Source: Octopus vulgaris
Taxonomy: Eukaryota
DNA: 64,000 nt
Reading direction: 5' to 3'
Assembly (NCBI GenBank): GCA_951406725.2
Contig: OX597814.1
Location: 91,512,001-91,576,000 of the forward strand
The notes beneath the pieces are model-generated. The model did not search any database and was not told where the DNA came from. It saw only the letters and a list, made by a program, of their open reading frames with translations. A program made the position numbers and the translations under genes. Positions 56,501 through 64,000 of this stretch are shown in pieces. The first letter of the stretch is position 1. Every line of letters starts with the position of its first letter.

Positions 56501-57166
56501 ACAGTCTTCAAAGTCGAAAGAAATTCGATAATGTAGCTTACAAGAAGCACAGAATTGTTTTGATTGCATTGCACTTGAGAATACGCTTCTTCTTTCAGTT
56601 GCACCCGGAAGATAAATCATAATTATTATTCCACGCCATGCGACCATTGTACTTATACTCATCATAATAATTTATCTTTTGAAATACCATTATCTCCTTT
56701 AGTGCAACGAAGGGCATAAGTTTAGATTCGTAAATCTATTTCAAAATAAATGTAACAAATATTTTAGTGAAAATACTCCAGCGAAGATAACATATTTTTT
56801 CCACAGTAAACTTTGAATATAAATATATTTTATAAAATTATTATATCTGTTCGTTCATTAAAAATTGCTTTCAATGCTATAAATAAAAATATTAACCGGC
56901 AGGTTATTTTCTTTATTCTTTAATTATTCATTATATGATGAATTAAAACTGGTTGTTATTGTTATAAATGTCTTATACTATAAAGAGTTGTGAAATTATT
57001 AATGCAATTCGCATAAAGATTGTGTATTAGGAAGACGTTTGAACGTGGTATTAAGAGTATGTGACGCAGTTGAATATTTGAAAATGATTTAATTATTAAA
57101 AATGTGAAGTCTTTCTATGATTTTTACTTTATGAATGCTGGTATACGTAACAATATAAATGCCAAC

Positions 57167-57545
57167 ATGGCTATATGGTAAGAGGTTTACTTCCCAACCA
57201 TACGGTCCGGGTTGAGTGCCACTGCGTGGTACTTATAGCCTCTTGCAGAAAGCCTTTTGAGTGGATTTGGTACACAGAAGCTAAAGAGGCCCGTCGTGTA
57301 TATGTGTGTGTATATATGTGCGTGCGTGTGTGTATGTTTCTGTCTGTCTTTGTGTCTGTGTATGTCCCCACCATCGCTTGACAATCGGTGCTGATGCGTT
57401 TACTTCCTCGCAACTTTGCTGTTCTGAAAAAGAGACCGATAGAATAAGCACGACATTTTAAAAAATATAAGTGCTGTGGTATTTTCTACAAAGAGGTGCG
57501 CCAGTATGACCGCAGTATAATGATTGATACAAGGAAATGATGAAA
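57167..57545 (+). mobile_element. SINE family A, diverged
   Basis: Matches 24520-24910. Confidence 0.8.
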
Positions 57546-57687
57546 AATGATGTTATTAATCATGATTACTGGCAAATATCGCATTTGGTGTCAAATATCA
57601 TTCGTTTTAAACTTTCTAGCTCATGAAACAATTTGTAGCGTAGCAACTGGCGCGAATAATACCATTTTAATATTATTATCTGCAGAA

Positions 57688-58318
57688 GGACGGTGAGCTA
57701 GAAGAATCGTTAGCACGTCTGCCACTACGTTCTGAGTTCAAATTCGGCCGAGGTCGACTTTGCCTTTCATCCTTTCGGGGTCGATTAAATAAGTACCAAT
57801 TACGCACTGGGGTCGATATAATCGACTTAATCCATTTGTCTGTCCTTGTTTGTCCTCTCTGTGTTTAGCCCCTTGTGGGTAGTAAAGAAATATGTATTTT
57901 GTCTGTCTTCATGCTTTGAGTTCAAATTCCGCCGCGGTCGAATTTGCCTTTCGTCCTTTCCGGGTCGATAAATTAAGTACCAGTTACGCACTGGGGGCGG
58001 TGTAATCGACTTAATCCCTTTGTCTGTCCTTGTTTGTCCCCTCTATGTATAGCCCCCTTTTGGGCAATAAAGAAAGAAGTATCGTTAGCACGTCCGGCAA
58101 AATTCTTAATGCTATTTCGTCAGTCTTTAGGTTCTGAGTTCAAATTCACGTCAGGTCGACTCTGCCTTTCATCCCGACGGGATCGATAAAATAAATACCG
58201 GCTGAGATCGACTCTGCCTTTTATCCTTTACGGGATCGATAAAATGAATACCGATCGATATAATTGACCTACACCTTTCCCTGGAAATGCTGGTCGTGTG
58301 CCAAAATTTGAAACCAAT
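57688..58318 (+). mobile_element. SINE family C, tandem array of 3-4 units
   Basis: Repeated gagttcaaattc.gccg.ggtcga.tttgcctttc.tcctttc units, as at 5199-5598. Confidence 0.85.
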
Positions 58319-59600
58319 ATGATTATCCGCATTTTCTTTATTATAAGATATAACTGACTACTTTCAACACTTATATAATTTGAGGTATAGTTTCCCCTCT
58401 CCATTATATTGAAAGTTTATACCCGGATCGTATCTCAAAAAATTTGTACATTTGCTAACCTACGAAATGTATACATTGATATCATATCCTTACGCGTATA
58501 ACTTAACGCTTGTCCTGTTGATACGATACACTTATAACTGCTACACGTCTTGTTTGTACTATGATACTGTGGCATTTCATAGCAACCTACATCGACTAAC
58601 TACACTTTAACAACAAGGTTAGACAACACTCACATTTATATTTCTATGATATACAAGTCACAATGTGTGCCATAATACGTATTATGCATCAGTGATATAA
58701 GCCAAATAACATTACATTCTGATTTTGCTTTCAAAAGGAGAGATGCTGATTGGAAAATTCGACTGCTCATACGTGTATCACATTAGTTTTGTAACTGATA
58801 TTTAATGGTGTCTATTCCTCTGAACGTGATTACCGATGGCCTCTTCACAAAGAAAAAAAATAACAATTCTATTCAACCTCTCACATCTGCACGTTTGTTC
58901 AAAACTGCAAGAACCTTACACAATCGATTATTATGAAAATCATTCGCTACTGCACCTCCTTGGAATTTTCATTTAGAAACAAACTCTCACTCCCCTCCCT
59001 CCCATTCCTTTCCCCCCACTTTGATACCCCCTCTCCCCCATCCCTCTCTCTATGCACATGTTTTTATTGAACAACTGGACTTTCAAATTACACTGTATTG
59101 AACGGAATTTAAGAGCTTTAATTAAAAAGCTAATAATTACTTATTCTTCTAATGAACTGAAATTATGAAGGAAAATCTGAGGATATTTGCTAAACTTGTA
59201 GTTCCCCAACACCACAAATATTTCTGTTGCCCTACGGATTAAATATTCCCCAACTAAAATTGAATAATAGATCAGCATTAATGTCTCTGTTTTATCCACA
59301 TCCAAATCGACTAAAATTTATATATATATATACAGCTTGCATCTGGCATTTCAATTAATTCATTTACTTTACAGTACACACAGCCTAAACGATTACTATT
59401 GACAGCATCAGCTACAGAAGCTTTGGGGCAAACTAATTAATTACATTTAGCGGTATTATTTATTTTCCCAGCATAAAACAAGAGCAGTTGCGTGTTTCAG
59501 AGTGGAATTATAAAGACAGATGTTCTGATAAGCCCACCGTACATCCGAGTGTCAGTCTATCTATTTGTCTCTCCGCGCTCTCTCTCTCCCTCTCTCTCTC

Positions 59601-59667
<67 letters not shown>

Positions 59668-59669
59668 CT

Positions 59670-60756
59670 CTGTTTTTGTTATTATTATTATCATTATTGT
59701 TTTTTACGTATTTTCGTATTCTTATTCGTGTTATCATTATTATTTTTACGTATTTTTGTATTCTTATCCGTTCCCGTCCTTGTTTTGTACACATTCGAGG
59801 CTTTCTTCCAAGGAATCTAATGCGCTTGACTTAGATTTTCCTTTGGGGCTGGCCAGGTCGGAGCAATCTCAAAATTAATCAGCCGAAATTGCGAAGATGA
59901 TCCGGTTTCTGACTGAAGATCGAAGGCTTCGAATGTCTCGTCCGTTTTTTTTTTTGTTTTTTTTGTATCGTCTTCTAAATGTTTTGCGTTCTTGTCCCAG
60001 TTTGTGTGTTTTTTACATTTATCCTTTATATGGCGGTGCCCGTACCCCCGTTTTGATATTGTATGTGAAATACATTTTTTCTCTAATACATGGTACGACT
60101 CTACAACACTGTCTCTCTCTCTCCCCCTCTCTTACATTTCTCTGCCTTTCACACTTTGCACTCCACTTTGACCCGTCTCTTTCTCTCTCTCTCCTCTCCT
60201 CCTCCTTTGTTCCTTGTTCCCTTTTTTTCTCTCTTCCTCTGTCCCGCTCACTCGTGACTAACTTTTGGACTGCTGTCCTGCCTTTTCGTGATCAACAGCC
60301 GTATAGGCCAGACACATTTTATTTCTCTCTTCGACTTTAGGCAATTTTTCAATGCGCCAGCTCAAGTTTACCCGTCCTGTCGTAAAGACACCTGTCTGTA
60401 ACGTCCTGTTTTTGTTATTATTATTATCATTATTGTTTCTACGTATTTTCGTATTCTTATTCGTGTTATCATTATTATTTTTACGTATTTTTGTATTCTT
60501 ATCCGTTCCCGTCCTTGTTTTGTACACATTCGAGGCTTTCTTCCAAGGAATCTGATGCCCTTAGCTTAGATTTTCCTTTGGAGCTGGCCAGGTCGGCGCA
60601 ATCCCAAAATTAATCAGTCGAAATTGCGAAGATGATCCGGTTTCTGACTGAAGATCGAAGGCTTCGAATATCCCGTCCGTTTTTTTTTTTGTTTTTTTGT
60701 ATCGTCTTCTAAATGTTTTGCGTTCTTGTCCCAGTTTGTGTTTTTTTTACATTTAT

Positions 60757-60759
<3 letters not shown>
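59670..60759 (+). repeat. Tandem ~355-bp direct repeats (59670-60025 and 60406-60759), pseudo-LTR-like
   Basis: Near-identical copies offset by ~736 bp, flanked by (TCTA)n and (TA)n, with no convincing ORF. Confidence 0.85.
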
Positions 60760-60813
<54 letters not shown>

Positions 60814-60919
60814 AATAAATAAAATATATATGCATATATACATACATATATGTACGTACCTACATCTACATGTATATATACATGCATATATAAATATATA
60901 TACGTGAGTACAGGACACG

Positions 60920-60953
<34 letters not shown>

Positions 60954-60955
<2 letters not shown>

Positions 60956-62552
60956 TAGCAATTCATCCTGGCGTTACCCGGGTGTTATGACCTAAGCCAT
61001 ATTGTATTATTTATTCCTTTCCTATAGACAGAATATATAGTGAACTATATATAATGAACTGTATTGCTGGCGTAACAGAAGTTGTTATTTGTTTAAAAGT
61101 GAAGCGGAAAGGGTAAAATTTCCATGAGTTTGCATAAAAGTGCTTTCTGTTCTTAAGAGAGATCACAAACTAAGTATTATTTCCTCGTTTAAAAGGGGAT
61201 TAATACGATTTTGCCCAGAAATCGTATTTTCAAAATTTTTATTTCCCCCGTCCCCATCACAATCTCTTAATTTGTAAATTTTCGAATTTTTTTTTATCCA
61301 GAACACAATATAAAATCTGAGAAATATATATTTTCGCTGAGTTTAATTTTTCTTAAAGAAACATTCAATGTCCCTTCCCCCACCTTGCCCATCTATCAGC
61401 TACCTGCTTTGAAAAAGTTAAAACCTCCCAATATTTCACTTTCGTCTGATGTTTCTCGCATCAGAATTGCGTAGAATTGTACTGAAATAGCAGATGTAAA
61501 AATTACCAGACCTTCATTACAAAACCCGACATGCTAGAAACAACAGGTAAACGACATTAGTTCTGAAGAAACTTATCCGCATTCCAAAAAGCCAAAAAGT
61601 GAAACATTGGGAGTTTGTAGCTGTTTAAAAAAGGGTTAGGTGATGGGTGGATGTTTGGGAAGGAGATTTTAGTGCTTCTTTAAGAAGAAAGGGAGAAGAA
61701 AATTTCATACTCTGCTTTTTTCTTCGTGGATTACTAACAAAACAATTTGGAAGAAAGTGAAAAAAAAAAGGAAGAAATTGGTGGGTGGGGAGAGAGAAAA
61801 TTAAAATCGAAAACATAGGAGTCGGAAGAAATTTTATAAAAAAATAGGGTAGGGCACGCAAATGTCACCTCGGACTTGCTAGAAACAACAGATAAAGGAC
61901 AGGCTTTCTGGGAAAACTTCCTTTTAAGTTTATATTGAAGATCAAGCATTACAGAATAGAAAAATGTCATTTTAATTGGATTTGAGCTGCAATTTTGGGC
62001 GTGCTCACAACAAGAAATAACATAATTCGTACAGCATTTTAATTAGAGTGTGTGCGTGTGTGTGAGTGTGTGTGTGTGTGTGCATGCGTGTGTTAAAGGA
62101 AACTGTTTTATTGCGTTCTTTCATTTGAAACAGCAAAGATGTCAACTCGATCATATGGTCAACCATATGGGATCTTATGATTGCTCGTAAATTTTCGTAA
62201 AAGTTACTTACTTTTTATGCTTTGAAGTGAACAGAAAGTGAGAGGAGAAAGTGAAACAAGTATGTATGTGTATATGAAATGGACATGTGTGTGCGTGAGC
62301 GAGAGAGGGAGTATATGATTGAGTGAGTGAGTGAGTGAGTAAGTGAAAGTGTCTTGTTATGTATGTGTTTGTCTGTGTGCGAGTGGCACTCATTCACGGT
62401 CTCTCTTTCTCAGACACACACATTATCTTTCATTTAAACGTACATAAATATATAAGTATGTATTTTTTTGGATGTTTGCGTGCTTGTGCGTGTGCATGTG
62501 AGAGAGATAGTAAGTGACACACAAACACTCTTTTATATATATATATATAGAT
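60954..62552 (+). mobile_element. Possible Helentron-associated non-autonomous element
   Basis: Starts actagca followed by the hairpin cctggcgttacccggg. Contains internal microsatellites and an internal duplicated tgctagaaacaacag block (~61532 and ~61877). Ends cttttatatatatatatagat. Confidence 0.4.
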
Positions 62553-62965
62553 AAGCAGCTTCATTTAGTATAGTACAGATGTGACTAATTCGGAGAAACA
62601 TTACTTTCATTATTCACACATTGTTACCCACGTGATGTAACACTTCGTAATATTGGTTCAAATTGAAAGTGTTGAACCGATTTTCATTTTCTAATGAAAC
62701 TTGATCGCGGTAGAGCAATGTCTCTCAAATAACTACAGCTGGCTGTTGAGATAACATAGCAAATATATAAATAAAAATAAAGTTTAATTGGCAGCCGAAA
62801 GATTACTGAATATTTTGATACCGCATACATCAAAATCGGCAACTCAATTTTCGAATACGTAAGGAACATACATGAACACACACACACGCGCGCGCGCGCG
62901 CGCACACACACACACACACACGAACTCTCTTATATATAAATATGTATATATATATATATATATAT

Positions 62966-63032
<67 letters not shown>

Positions 63033-63046
63033 AATAGATAGATTTA

Positions 63047-64000
63047 CAGGGTGGGATGGGTAAATTTTCGCCATTTAATATTTTTAATTTCGCGCATGCA
63101 CGTGGTCTGTTTATGATTTTGTCGGCTACACAGTACAGTAGGGATTTGTTGGGCACCGTCTGTCAGAAAACAAGCCCCATGACGCAATTCACTCTGTCAG
63201 AAATTTGGAAACGACATGTACTATTTGGCATTCGCACCGAAAGCGCCAGTGCGAACATTTCAGAGTATTGGGGTGTGAACGCAGGAGATTCGGAAAGAGT
63301 TGGATTAGTCTAATGATGATTAAGAAAGTACGGCAGCTCGGAAAATTCACTCTAATTGTTCTGATAAGAAAAGAACTCCTAAATTTGTTGGTGAAATCCA
63401 GAACATGATTAACAGCGATCCCTCCAAGTCAATCAGATCTATCGCCAGCGACATGGGAATATGTGAGTTTCATATCAGGCATGTAGCGCATGAAGACATG
63501 CTGTATTCCTCATACAAGATGAGAAAGGGCCAAGTGTTATCCCAAGCCATCACGAACATGAGAAAATACCACGCTAAGAAGCTTTTGAGCAACAACAAGC
63601 ATTCCCTGCAACCAAACATGCGTTAGTTTTTCTCAGACGAGAAAAATTTCTGCCAGGAGCAGATAATGAACACATAGAACAACCGTTAGCTTGCTGTGTC
63701 ACCAAAACATACTGAGAATGATATAACTCAAACATGGATTCAACGTCATGGTGTTTGGAGTGATCACTAGTGATGGCGACGTTATGTCTCCATTCATCGT
63801 TCCACACGGCCTAAGATTCTGCACAGAGGCCTACATCAGGTGCCTTGAGGAGGTAGTGCTGCCCTGGGTCAAGAGGGTGGCTGCTGGAAGATCCTATATC
63901 TGGCAACAAGACGATGCACCATGCCACACCAGCAGTAGAACCCAGTCATGGCTCTCAGGTAATTTCTGCGACCGCATCACTCTTAACATCTGGCCCCAGA
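63047..64000 (+). mobile_element. Tc1/mariner-superfamily element (DD37D/maT-like), runs off the window; transposase pseudogene
   Basis: Terminus ta|cagggtg. Motifs DPSKSIRSIA, FFSDEKNF, VMVFGVITSDGDVM, YIWQQDDAPCHTS and NIWP, with stops and frameshifts. Confidence 0.85.

Noticed and set aside
56126-56665. Two minus-strand ORFs in the putative GPCR intron
   Set aside because: No transmembrane or class B motifs and no convincing splice-site pair.

Overview
This is AT-rich animal (eukaryotic) genomic DNA, not prokaryotic. The extreme density of (AT)n, (ATT)n, (TACA)n and (GATA)n microsatellites and the three recurring tRNA-derived SINE families suggest a coleoid cephalopod such as Octopus (inference, not checked against a database). 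Almost all listed ORFs are microsatellite or repeat artefacts. One probable host exon is visible: a minus-strand terminal exon (53233-53541) with the helix-8 and C-tail signature of a class B (secretin-family) GPCR. The rest is repeat-derived: Tc1/mariner elements (DD34D, DD34E IR/DR type, DD37D-like), a Chapaev3-like relic, Helentron-like non-autonomous elements, SINEs, an (AAT)n-associated element and many Penelope-like (PLE) fragments. The main finding is a young, ORF-less element at 51033-51734. It carries two tandem type I hammerhead ribozyme motifs 353 nt apart plus an 86-bp inverted arm, which is a retrozyme/pLTR-like architecture that could release a structured ~353-nt monomer or circular RNA. 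A second near-canonical hammerhead follows a PLE endonuclease tail at 9355-9454, and several degenerate or variant hammerheads occur in other PLE-like repeats. All alignments and folds were done by eye, and repeat boundaries are approximate unless termini are quoted.
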